NCBI GenBank assembly: GCA_934085635.1
Contig: CAKOHL010000001.1
Coordinates: 1-38,859 of the forward strand
Reading direction: 5' to 3'
DNA length: 38,859 nt
From: an uncultured Bacilli bacterium
GTDB lineage: Bacteria; Bacillota_I; Bacilli_A; RF39; UBA660
Shown piece by piece: positions 26,848-34,642 of the stretch; the stretch's first letter is position 1; every line of letters begins with the position of its first letter. Both the position numbers and the translations under genes were made by a program. The notes below the pieces were generated by a model. That model was not told the DNA's origin. It made no database searches and saw only the letters and a program-made list of their open reading frames with translations.

Positions 26848-28869
26848 TCACTCCTTTTCTAAAATAATTTTTTTATTAAATAATTTCTCTATTTCCTTTT
26901 TATGAGAAACATATATTATAGTTTTATTCTTATAATATTTAAAAAGATTTAAAACTATATTCTTTTCCAAATTATAATCTACTTCACTTAAAGCCTCATC
27001 AATCAATAAATAATTACTTTCTTTAAGTAAAGCACGCGCTAAGATTATTCTTTGTCTTTCACCACCACTCAAATTAAAACCATCTTCTTCTATCAGAAAA
27101 TTTTCTTTCAATGATTTACTATTAATTATTTCATCTACCTTAGTTATTTTAATAATACTTTTATACTTATTTTCATTAATATTTCTTCCCATTAAAATAT
27201 TACCTTTAAGAGTATCATTAAATAACTTCTCATTTTGCCCGACATATGTAAAACTTTTTCTTATAGAGTCATCACTTATATCTTTTAAATTAACCGTTCC
27301 CACTTTAATAGTACCTTCATAATCATTAAAATATTTAAGTAATATTTTTAAAAGTGTACTTTTACCACATCCACTTTTACCCACAAGAACTAGCTTATCT
27401 TTTTCTTTTATTACTATATTAATGCCTTTAAAAATGTAATCACTTACTTTATAAGATAAACCACTTATACTTATATCTCCATTAATTAAATTTCCATTAT
27501 TTGAAGATTTATATTCTTTTAATATACCATTTACTTTATCAATGTTTTGATAAGCATAACTAAACTCAGGTAAGTAATCTATTATAGATTTCATAGCACT
27601 TATATAATTAGTATAAAGTACATATACTAACATTATATTTCCTACACTGAAGGACTTTAAGACAAGTGCTGAATACATTAATATCAAAACGTTACTTATA
27701 TCTAATAAAGAATTTTTAAATATACCTATAGTTATGTTACAAAAATTGTACTTATTTGTTTCTATACAATTATCTTTATAGGAATCATAAACTCTTTTTT
27801 TAAATATATTAGTTACATTTAAATTACTAATCGTTTCAAGTCCTTCTATACTTTCTATCAATTTTGAATTATATATACCTTTACTTTCTTGCACACATCT
27901 TATTTTCTTTTTAAAGTGTTTAGTATATATAATTGTAATTAGTAAGTATATAGAAAACATTATAAGTGAGATTAACACTAGTTTAATACTTATATAGGCC
28001 ATAAATACTAGGGTACTTATAAGAATTAAAATATTCACAAATGAGTTATAGAATAATTCTAATATTAAATCTTTAATTAGCATTAAATCATTAAGTCTGC
28101 TCAGGATTTCTCCAGTAGTTTTATTTTTGTGGTAACTATATGGAAGATGAAATAGTCTTAAGAGCATTATATCTATAATAGATAGTTCTATTTTTTTATT
28201 TAAATTATTTAAGATAATGTTTCTAATTAAATCAAATAAACCTTTAGTTATTATTATCATAATAAATATAAAAGAATATTTATATATATAATTAGTATTA
28301 TCAAAAAGTAATTTATAAAATATAGATGCTAACATACTAAATATAATTACTATAGAAGATATTACAATTATTAAACTTAACTCTTTTTTATTTTTTAGTA
28401 TACTTTTTATTATTACTTTTAATAGTTCATTTTTCTTTTCTACTTTGGGTAATTCTTTAGTTTTTACTAATTTAATAACAGTGCCTTCATATATAGATGC
28501 AAATTTTTCATAAGTCATTTTAATTAGCCCAACGCTAGGATCCATTATTTCTAATTTTTTCTTATGATTATCTATTTTATATATAACAATAAAATGATAG
28601 AAGTTATTTTTCTTTATGTGTGCGATTAAGGGTATATCAAATTCTTTTATTAATTCTTTAAAGGAAACTTTTTCACCCATTCCATCAAAGCCAATCATTT
28701 TAGCACCACTAATTAAGTCATAGGCATTTGTACCCATTTTAGTTGTATTTATTAGCCTTCTTACATCTTCTATGAACATATTACCACCATAGTACCTTAT
28801 AAGTGATAATAACGAAGCTGCTGCACAGTCATATTTATCTTCTTGTAATACCTCCACTTTCTTAGTCAT
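26848..28869 (-). CDS. Peptidase C39 domain-containing bacteriocin/peptide ABC exporter
   Basis: 673 aa. N-terminal C39 cysteine protease (QEDKYDCAAASLLSLIRYYGG), 6-TM domain, Walker A GKSGCGKST, signature LSGGERQRI, Walker B LLIDEALS. RBS AGGAGGG. Confidence 0.9.
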   Translation of the reverse strand: MTKKVEVLQEDKYDCAAASLLSLIRYYGGNMFIEDVRRLINTTKMGTNAYDLISGAKMIGFDGMGEKVSFKELIKEFDIPLIAHIKKNNFYHFIVIYKIDNHKKKLEIMDPSVGLIKMTYEKFASIYEGTVIKLVKTKELPKVEKKNELLKVIIKSILKNKKELSLIIVISSIVIIFSMLASIFYKLLFDNTNYIYKYSFIFIMIIITKGLFDLIRNIILNNLNKKIELSIIDIMLLRLFHLPYSYHKNKTTGEILSRLNDLMLIKDLILELFYNSFVNILILISTLVFMAYISIKLVLISLIMFSIYLLITIIYTKHFKKKIRCVQESKGIYNSKLIESIEGLETISNLNVTNIFKKRVYDSYKDNCIETNKYNFCNITIGIFKNSLLDISNVLILMYSALVLKSFSVGNIMLVYVLYTNYISAMKSIIDYLPEFSYAYQNIDKVNGILKEYKSSNNGNLINGDISISGLSYKVSDYIFKGINIVIKEKDKLVLVGKSGCGKSTLLKILLKYFNDYEGTIKVGTVNLKDISDDSIRKSFTYVGQNEKLFNDTLKGNILMGRNINENKYKSIIKITKVDEIINSKSLKENFLIEEDGFNLSGGERQRIILARALLKESNYLLIDEALSEVDYNLEKNIVLNLFKYYKNKTIIYVSHKKEIEKLFNKKIILEKE

Positions 28870-28928
28870 ATTTCGCCCTCCTATAATACTTATACGATAA
28901 AAGTATGAGAATTACTTTTTTTATTTTA

Positions 28929-28976
28929 TTTGACACAAGATTTTACACACAAGTTTTACACTTTCTTGCATATGCA
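28929..28976. promoter_or_regulatory. Direct repeats and a 10-bp palindrome upstream of the ABC exporter
   Basis: TTTGACACAAG (28929-39), TTTTACACACAAG (28941-53) and TTTTACAC (28954-61) occur at 12-13-nt spacing, followed by the perfect palindrome TGCATATGCA (28967-76). Function not established. Confidence 0.3.
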
Positions 28977-29013
28977 TATATTTCAAAATTTTGCACAAAT
29001 TAATAAAAAGGAC

Positions 29014-29042
29014 TTGATATTATTCAAAAATTATTGTATACT
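29014..29042 (+). promoter_or_regulatory. Sigma-A-type promoter of tRNA-Arg
   Basis: TTGATA (29014-19), 17-nt spacer, TATACT (29037-42), about 20 nt before the tRNA 5' end. Confidence 0.55.
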
Positions 29043-29062
29043 TTAAAGGTATTAAGTGATTT

Positions 29063-29139
<77 letters not shown>

Positions 29140-29150
29140 TTTAAAAAATT

Positions 29151-29181
29151 AACTCTAGGTTATAAGCCTAGAGTTTTTTTT
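29151..29181. terminator. Bidirectional rho-independent terminator (tRNA-Arg / gerM)
   Basis: AACTCTAGG - 7-nt loop - CCTAGAGTT, followed by TTTTTT on the plus strand and AATTTTTT on the minus strand. Confidence 0.75.
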
Positions 29182-30106
29182 AATACTTTGTAATCATTTC
29201 ATCCCCTACATAAAACACTACTTCATTTACATCATAATTATCTTTTACACTTTTTCCTATTGTATATACTACTTCTTCCAATATATTTTTATCATACATA
29301 GAATAAAATATCTTATCATTAAAAGTTAATTTCATAACATCTTCTTCTTTTTTATAATCAAGTAATTCTGCTTTAGAATTAAGATAACTATTTAAATTAC
29401 TTTGATAAAGCACACTACTTTTAAGTTCACTTACTATTACACTTATTTTATCTTCATTATTATTTGTTATTTTAGTTACTGGTACATAATATACCTCTTT
29501 ATCATTCAGTTTACTATAATATACTGTCGTTTTAGTTAAATCATATAAATTATTTATATCATAATCTTTATTAATTCCATAACTTCTATCTAATACATTA
29601 GGCAAAAGTTGATTAGAATTAGGTAACCTTTCTAATACTTTGTTTTCTACTTTAATTACTACACTCTTAACTTCTTCACTTGATGTTAAAGTATAAATAA
29701 TCGCTTCTATCATTTTTTCTTCCATACTAGCAGTTACACTTAATATTTCTTTTGAAAAATCAACTGTACATACCCCATTATCAACTACTAATGAAAGCAC
29801 TTTTGTATTCATAGGAACCACTCCTACGAAATTTTTAGGAACTTTCTCATTATTATCTTTTTTTATTAATAATTCCATTTTATTTTTTAATTTTTTTACT
29901 AAATCAGTTTCTTTATCTAATACTGATACTTCACTTACAAAATTATTTGAATCAAGTAAAAATACTTCTGTGTAATCTTTTTCATCATAATAATTAATAC
30001 TCTCATCTATTTTAAGGGTCTTACTAGGAAAAAAGTAAAGTAATCCAATTACAAATAATGCACTTGTAGTAACAGCTAGTTTTCTAAAACCAAATCTTTT
30101 TAACAT
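29180..30106 (-). CDS. gerM: GerM-like (GerMN domain) protein
   Basis: About 308 aa. N-terminal TM/signal anchor and two GerMN-like units (e.g. VCTVDFSKEIL...MIEAIIYTLTSSEEVKSVVIKVENK). Likely start is ATG 30106 (GAGGAG 7 nt upstream). Confidence 0.6.
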   Translation of the reverse strand: MLKRFGFRKLAVTTSALFVIGLLYFFPSKTLKIDESINYYDEKDYTEVFLLDSNNFVSEVSVLDKETDLVKKLKNKMELLIKKDNNEKVPKNFVGVVPMNTKVLSLVVDNGVCTVDFSKEILSVTASMEEKMIEAIIYTLTSSEEVKSVVIKVENKVLERLPNSNQLLPNVLDRSYGINKDYDINNLYDLTKTTVYYSKLNDKEVYYVPVTKITNNNEDKISVIVSELKSSVLYQSNLNSYLNSKAELLDYKKEEDVMKLTFNDKIFYSMYDKNILEEVVYTIGKSVKDNYDVNEVVFYVGDEMITKY

Positions 30107-30157
30107 ATAAACACTCCTCAAGATAATTATATTATTTATATTTAAAAAAATGACAAT

Positions 30158-30373
30158 TTAGTCATTTTCTATTTCAATTTCACCAAGTTTAATTAATTCG
30201 ATAACCGCGGATGTACGAGATTCGACTTCTAATTTTTGCATAACATTAGATATGTGATTTCTCACTGTTTTTTCACTTATAAATAATTTATCAGCAATAT
30301 TCTTTGTTGTATAATTTTTTACTAAAAGTGAAAACACCTCTTTTTCTCTCGTGGTTAAAATATTTTTACTCAT
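30158..30373 (-). CDS. gerE: GerE-type LuxR-family HTH transcription regulator
   Basis: LTTREKEVFSLLVKNYTTKNIADKLFISEKTVRNHISNVMQKLEVESRTSAVIELIKLGE is very close to my recollection of B. subtilis GerE (…ELFISEKTVRNHISNAMQKL…). A 71-aa product from ATG 30373 (AAGGTGG upstream) matches GerE size. Confidence 0.8.
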   Translation of the reverse strand: MSKNILTTREKEVFSLLVKNYTTKNIADKLFISEKTVRNHISNVMQKLEVESRTSAVIELIKLGEIEIEND

Positions 30374-30422
30374 AGACACCACCTTATTCACTATAGTATT
30401 CTATGAGAAAACTTAAGTTTTG

Positions 30423-30914
30423 CTATTCAAACTCAACTGTTATGTACATTTTTTCTTTATATTCTTCTTGTATACATCTCATTATATTGTTTGCTAAACT
30501 TGCATCGTGTTCCTTGGAACTAATTACAACCTTTATATTATCTTTATTAATTTCAATATAACTTTTAATTCCAAATTTAGTTTCTATCTTCTCTTCTAAA
30601 CTACTTTCTTTAGATACATTTATGTTAAGAAGTTTAAGTTCTTCAAACGCTTTATTTTTATCTTCAGGAGTTGTACTTTCATTAGTAAGTATCTCTTCTA
30701 GTTTATCTACTTCTAGTGCAACTTTTTCATCCCTATTAGCACGCATTGCGATTAAAGCATCTCCTTCTGTAACATTTACATTTACTTCTTTTTTAATATC
30801 TTCTCCAGTTATTTTCCCTTTTAATAAGTCATTGGGCATAGTTACATAATATACTCCAAGAATAAGAACTAAAGAGAAAAGTGTTAAAAACCACATACTT
30901 TGTTTATTAATCAT
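30423..30914 (-). CDS. spoIIIAH: SpoIIIAH-family protein
   Basis: 163 aa. N-terminus NKQSMWFLTLFSLVLILGVYYV parallels B. subtilis SpoIIIAH KKQTVWLLTMLSLVVVLSVYYI. The C-terminal YscJ/FliF-like part ends ITVEFE (cf. VAVTFEP). Confidence 0.75.
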   Translation of the reverse strand: MINKQSMWFLTLFSLVLILGVYYVTMPNDLLKGKITGEDIKKEVNVNVTEGDALIAMRANRDEKVALEVDKLEEILTNESTTPEDKNKAFEELKLLNINVSKESSLEEKIETKFGIKSYIEINKDNIKVVISSKEHDASLANNIMRCIQEEYKEKMYITVEFE

Positions 30915-30968
30915 TTATTACCCCTCCTAAAGAATATTATGAACTTACAATAAAAAAAGAACATATTT

Positions 30969-31526
30969 CTATGCTCTTGAAGAATATTTTCCATCACTAG
31001 TTGTTATGATTATTTCTTCTCCATTTTCTATAAATAATGGTACTTTTACTGTATATCCAGTCTCTATAGTAGCGTCTTTTTGTGCACCACTAGTTGTGTT
31101 ACCTTTAACTGCCATTTCAGTTTCTATAATTTTATAACTTACTTTTTCTGGAAGACTTATACCAATTACTTCTCCTTCATAGCTCATTACTTCAACATTT
31201 AATCCTTCTTTTAAGAATTTAATATATTCAGCAACTTTACTTTTAGGTAATTCTAATTGATCATAAGTATTATTATCCATAAATACATAAGTATCTCCAT
31301 CATTATAAAGATAACTTAATGCTTTTTTAGTTACATTTGCTTTTTCTAGTTTAATACCAGCATTGAAAGTTATTTCTTGAGTAGTATTAGTTCTTAAATT
31401 TTTTAATTTAGTTTTAACAAAAGCACTACCCTTACCTGGTTTTACGTGTTGAAATTCTACTACTTGATATACATTACCTTCATAACTGATAGTCATACCA
31501 TTTTTGATATCATTAACGTTAAACAT
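30969..31526 (-). CDS. efp: Elongation factor P
   Basis: 185 aa. KNGMTISYEGNVYQVVEFQHVKPGKGSAFVKTKLKNL is a canonical EF-P N-terminus including the modified-Lys loop. Confidence 0.95.
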   Translation of the reverse strand: MFNVNDIKNGMTISYEGNVYQVVEFQHVKPGKGSAFVKTKLKNLRTNTTQEITFNAGIKLEKANVTKKALSYLYNDGDTYVFMDNNTYDQLELPKSKVAEYIKFLKEGLNVEVMSYEGEVIGISLPEKVSYKIIETEMAVKGNTTSGAQKDATIETGYTVKVPLFIENGEEIIITTSDGKYSSRA

Positions 31527-31528
31527 AA

Positions 31529-31699
31529 TTAATCAGCCTTTCTTTCTTTATGTGCAGTTGTTTTATTACATCTAGGACAGAACTTGTTTATTTCAAGTTT
31601 ACCTTCAGTATTCTTTTTATTCTTACTAGTTAAGTAATTTATTTCTTTACATACTGTGCATTGAAGTGCTACGCCTTCTCTGTTTTCTTTTTTTGCCAT
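31529..31699 (-). CDS. rpmG: 50S ribosomal protein L33 (zinc-ribbon form), 56 aa; not in ORF track
   Basis: Hand translation: MAKKENREGVALQCTVCKEINYLTSKNKKNTEGKLEINKFCPRCNKTTAHKERKAD. CxxC...CxxC and YxTxKNK are L33 hallmarks. RBS AAGGAGG. The stop is 2 nt before the efp start. Confidence 0.85.
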   Translation of the reverse strand: MAKKENREGVALQCTVCKEINYLTSKNKKNTEGKLEINKFCPRCNKTTAHKERKAD

Positions 31700-31785
31700 T
31701 TTGAATTGCCTCCTTTTTTTACACTCAAAATTATAACAAATATTTTGCTAGTTTACAAGAACTTTGGAGATTTAATCAAGTTTTT

Positions 31786-31814
31786 TTGAAAAAAATGTGC
31801 TTTTATGATAAAAT
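31786..31814 (+). promoter_or_regulatory. Sigma-A-type promoter of the SDR-ynbB operon
   Basis: TTGAAA (31786-91), 17-nt spacer, TAAAAT (31809-14) with TG at the extended -10 position. About 24 nt upstream of the ATG. Confidence 0.45.
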
Positions 31815-31837
31815 ACTCAAAGAAGTGAGGGGATTTT

Positions 31838-32572
31838 ATGAGGAAAGTAGCTTTAGTAATCGGGTCTAGTATAGGTCTTGGGGCAAGCACGGCTTATGAG
31901 CTTGCAAGTGAAAATTATGATGTAGTTATCACATATTTAAGTCATAAAGATGAAGCACTTAGTTTAGAAGATATGATTAAAAAAGAATACGAGGTAGATA
32001 CGCTTACTATTAAGTGTGACATTACTAATGAAGAAGATTTAAAAAATGTACTTAATGAAATAAAGTCTAAATTTAATAGATTAGATGTACTTGTTAATAA
32101 TGCAGGTATTTCTATGGATAATGATTTTAATTTAAAAACTAAAGAAGAATTCACGTGCGTAGTTAATACTAACTTAATCGGACCTTTCTTGTCTAGTAGA
32201 ATTTTTGGTAATTATATGATGGAAAATGGCTCTGGAGTAATAATTAATGTATCTTCTAATAATGGTATTGATGACTATTATATAGAAAGTATTGATTATG
32301 ATGCTTCCAAAGCTGGGCTTATTAATTTATCACATAATTTGGCTAAATATTTTGACGGCACTGTCAGGGTTAATACTGTGTGCCCTGGCTGGATAGATAC
32401 ACCTATGAATAGTTCTTTAAGTGAAGAGTTTAAAAACGAAGTCAAGGAAAAGATTATTATGAAAAGATTTGCAAGCACTAGTGAAGTTGCAAATTTGATT
32501 TGCTTTTTAAGTAGTGATAAAGCTAGTTATATTAATGATGCAGTTATAAGAATAGATGGAGGAAAAAGATGA
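31838..32572 (+). CDS. Short-chain dehydrogenase/reductase (FabG-like)
   Basis: 244 aa. Gly-rich NAD(P) site VIGSSIGLG, NNAG, catalytic YDASK. Confidence 0.8.
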   Translation: MRKVALVIGSSIGLGASTAYELASENYDVVITYLSHKDEALSLEDMIKKEYEVDTLTIKCDITNEEDLKNVLNEIKSKFNRLDVLVNNAGISMDNDFNLKTKEEFTCVVNTNLIGPFLSSRIFGNYMMENGSGVIINVSSNNGIDDYYIESIDYDASKAGLINLSHNLAKYFDGTVRVNTVCPGWIDTPMNSSLSEEFKNEVKEKIIMKRFASTSEVANLICFLSSDKASYINDAVIRIDGGKR

Positions 32573-33795
32573 TAATAGTAAATAAAAATTTAAAAGTTAT
32601 AAGTGATGCTGAAAAGAAACTTAAAAATGTTTTTGAGGATATTGATAGGCAAGAATTAATTAATAGTAAAAAAGTTATTGATGCTTTTCATAAGTTTAAG
32701 TTAAATGAAACTGATTTTTCTGGCACTACTGGATATGGATATAATGACATTGGTAGAGATAAAATTGAAGGAATCTTCAGTGAAATATTTAGATGTGAAG
32801 ATACTTTAGTTAGGAGAGAATTTGTAAGTGGTAGTCACGCTTTAAGTATTAGTTTAAGCGCCCTTTTAAGACCAGGAGACACATTTTTAAGTGTAAGTGG
32901 ATTACCTTATGATACAATGCACGAAGTAATTGGTATTACAAAAAACTCAAGTTCTCTTAAAAGTTATAATATTAATTATAAACAGATTGATTTAATAGAT
33001 AATGACTTTGACTATGAAAAGATTAAAGGTAGTTTAGATGGAATTAAACTTGTTTATATTCAAAGAAGTAAAGGTTACTCTTTAAGAAAAAGTTTAACTA
33101 TTGATAAAGTTACTAAAGTTATTAAACTTGTTAAGAGTATTAATCCTGAAATTATAATATTTGTAGACAATTGCTATACTGAATTTGTTGAGAACTGCTT
33201 CCCTACTGAAGTTGGAGCAGATGTTATGGTGGGTTCACTTATTAAGAATCTTGGCGGGGGTGTGTGCACTCACGGAGCATATGTTGCAGGTAAAAGAAAG
33301 TACATTAATTTAGTTAGTGAAAGACTTTATTTACCTGGAGAAGGAAAAGAAGTTGGACCTAGTTTAGATTCTAATAGAATGTTTTTAATGGGACTTTACT
33401 TAGCACCAAGGGCTGTTAGTTCTAGTCTTAAAACATCAGCTTTATATAGTAAAATTTTAGAAGATAAAGGTTACGAAGTTAGTCCTAGATATAATGAAGA
33501 AAGATGTGATATCGTTTTAACAGTATATTTAAAGAATGAAGAAAATCTTATTAATTTTGCAAAATGTGTTCAAGAGATGGGTCCTGTTAACTCGTTTTAC
33601 ACACCTGTTGTAAGTGATATGCCTGGTTATAAAGATAAAATTATAATGGCTAGTCCAGCATTTACTACTGGTTCTAGTATCGAACTATCAGCTGATGCAC
33701 CACTTAGAGAACCTTATGCTTTATTTGTTCAAGGTGGGCTTACTTATAGTTATTCTAAATTAGTACTCCTTAATATACTAGATAATTTAAAATAA
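32569..33795 (+). CDS. ynbB: YnbB-family PLP-dependent enzyme (Met gamma-lyase-like / aluminium resistance protein family)
   Basis: 408 aa. GTTGYGYNDIGRDKIE, FVSGSHAL and the PLP-lysine context GSLIKNLGGG are typical of this family. ATGA overlap with the SDR gene. Confidence 0.75.
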   Translation: MIIVNKNLKVISDAEKKLKNVFEDIDRQELINSKKVIDAFHKFKLNETDFSGTTGYGYNDIGRDKIEGIFSEIFRCEDTLVRREFVSGSHALSISLSALLRPGDTFLSVSGLPYDTMHEVIGITKNSSSLKSYNINYKQIDLIDNDFDYEKIKGSLDGIKLVYIQRSKGYSLRKSLTIDKVTKVIKLVKSINPEIIIFVDNCYTEFVENCFPTEVGADVMVGSLIKNLGGGVCTHGAYVAGKRKYINLVSERLYLPGEGKEVGPSLDSNRMFLMGLYLAPRAVSSSLKTSALYSKILEDKGYEVSPRYNEERCDIVLTVYLKNEENLINFAKCVQEMGPVNSFYTPVVSDMPGYKDKIIMASPAFTTGSSIELSADAPLREPYALFVQGGLTYSYSKLVLLNILDNLK

Positions 33796-33821
33796 AAAAG
33801 TGCAATTAATTGCACATTTTT
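33795..33821. terminator. Bidirectional terminator between ynbB and nusG
   Basis: Perfect 16-nt palindrome GTGCAATTAATTGCAC (33800-15), flanked by AAAAA on one side and ATTTTT on the other. Confidence 0.7.
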
Positions 33822-34359
33822 AACATTTACTAATTTGAACTAAGTCTACTTCTACTGGTGTTTCTTGTCCGAATAAGTCTATTAATACATTTAGCTTTTC
33901 ATTTTCAAGATCAATACTTTGTACTTTACCAAACATTCCATTAAATGGACCATCAACGATTTTAACTGAATCCCCTTCATTTAAGTCAGTTTCTATATCT
34001 AGTCTACTTATACCTTCACTAGCAAGTATCTTATCTATTTCTTGAGGAGATAAAGGAATTGGTTTAGCACCTTTACCACTTGAACCTATGAATCCAGTTA
34101 CTCCTGGAGTATTTCTAACTGCATACCAAGCTTCATCGCTCATTATCATTTCAACTAGAACATATCCTGGAAACATTTTCTTTGTTTTTTCTTTTTTAAC
34201 CCCATCTTTAATTTCTACTTCTTTTGTTTCAGGTACTATTACTCTAAAAATATTATTTTCCATTCCCATAGAATCTTTTCTCATAAGAAGGTTTTCTTTA
34301 ACTTTACTTTCATGTCCTGAATAAGTATTAACTACATACCATAATTTTTGATTATCCAT
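33820..34359 (-). CDS. nusG: Transcription termination/antitermination factor NusG
   Basis: 179 aa. NGN start WYVVNTYSGHESKV and KOW motif GDSVKIVDGPFNGMFGKV. Follows secE. Confidence 0.95.
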   Translation of the reverse strand: MDNQKLWYVVNTYSGHESKVKENLLMRKDSMGMENNIFRVIVPETKEVEIKDGVKKEKTKKMFPGYVLVEMIMSDEAWYAVRNTPGVTGFIGSSGKGAKPIPLSPQEIDKILASEGISRLDIETDLNEGDSVKIVDGPFNGMFGKVQSIDLENEKLNVLIDLFGQETPVEVDLVQISKC

Positions 34360-34360
34360 A

Positions 34361-34552
34361 TTAACCCACTAATCCTTTCAAGAAAGTAAATAATACATCT
34401 AGTAGATAGAAATATAATCCAAAGAATACCATTAAAGTTAAAACCATTACAGAATATTTAGCCATATCTTTTCCACTAGGCCACCTTACCATTTTTCTTT
34501 CTTTTTCAACACCTTTAAAAAATGCTTTTATTTTACTCATAAACTCCTCCAT
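34361..34552 (-). CDS. secE: Preprotein translocase subunit SecE
   Basis: 63 aa. Single C-terminal TM helix after a KVRWPS-type motif (MVRWPSGKD). Lies immediately upstream of nusG. Confidence 0.85.
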   Translation of the reverse strand: MEEFMSKIKAFFKGVEKERKMVRWPSGKDMAKYSVMVLTLMVFFGLYFYLLDVLFTFLKGLVG

Positions 34553-34642
34553 TTTGTTTTATAAAAAAAACACTTTCGTGCTTCGTAATTCAAATATACT
34601 ACAAAAAGTAATAAATTTCAAGTATTTTTAGTGTTTTTTTCT

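Noticed and set aside
30397-30421. A sigma-K/sigma-E promoter (CATAGAATA) and the 14-nt palindrome AAAACTTAAGTTTT upstream of gerE, as annotated features.
   Set aside because: There is no correctly spaced -35 (AC at 16-17 nt). The palindrome has essentially no loop, and in AT-rich DNA such matches are expected by chance. It is mentioned only as weak support in a finding.
30622-30849. Plus-strand ORF 30622-30849.
   Set aside because: It is antisense within spoIIIAH and Ser/Leu-rich.
31942-32478. Minus-strand ORFs 31942-32154 and 32296-32478.
   Set aside because: They are antisense within the SDR gene.
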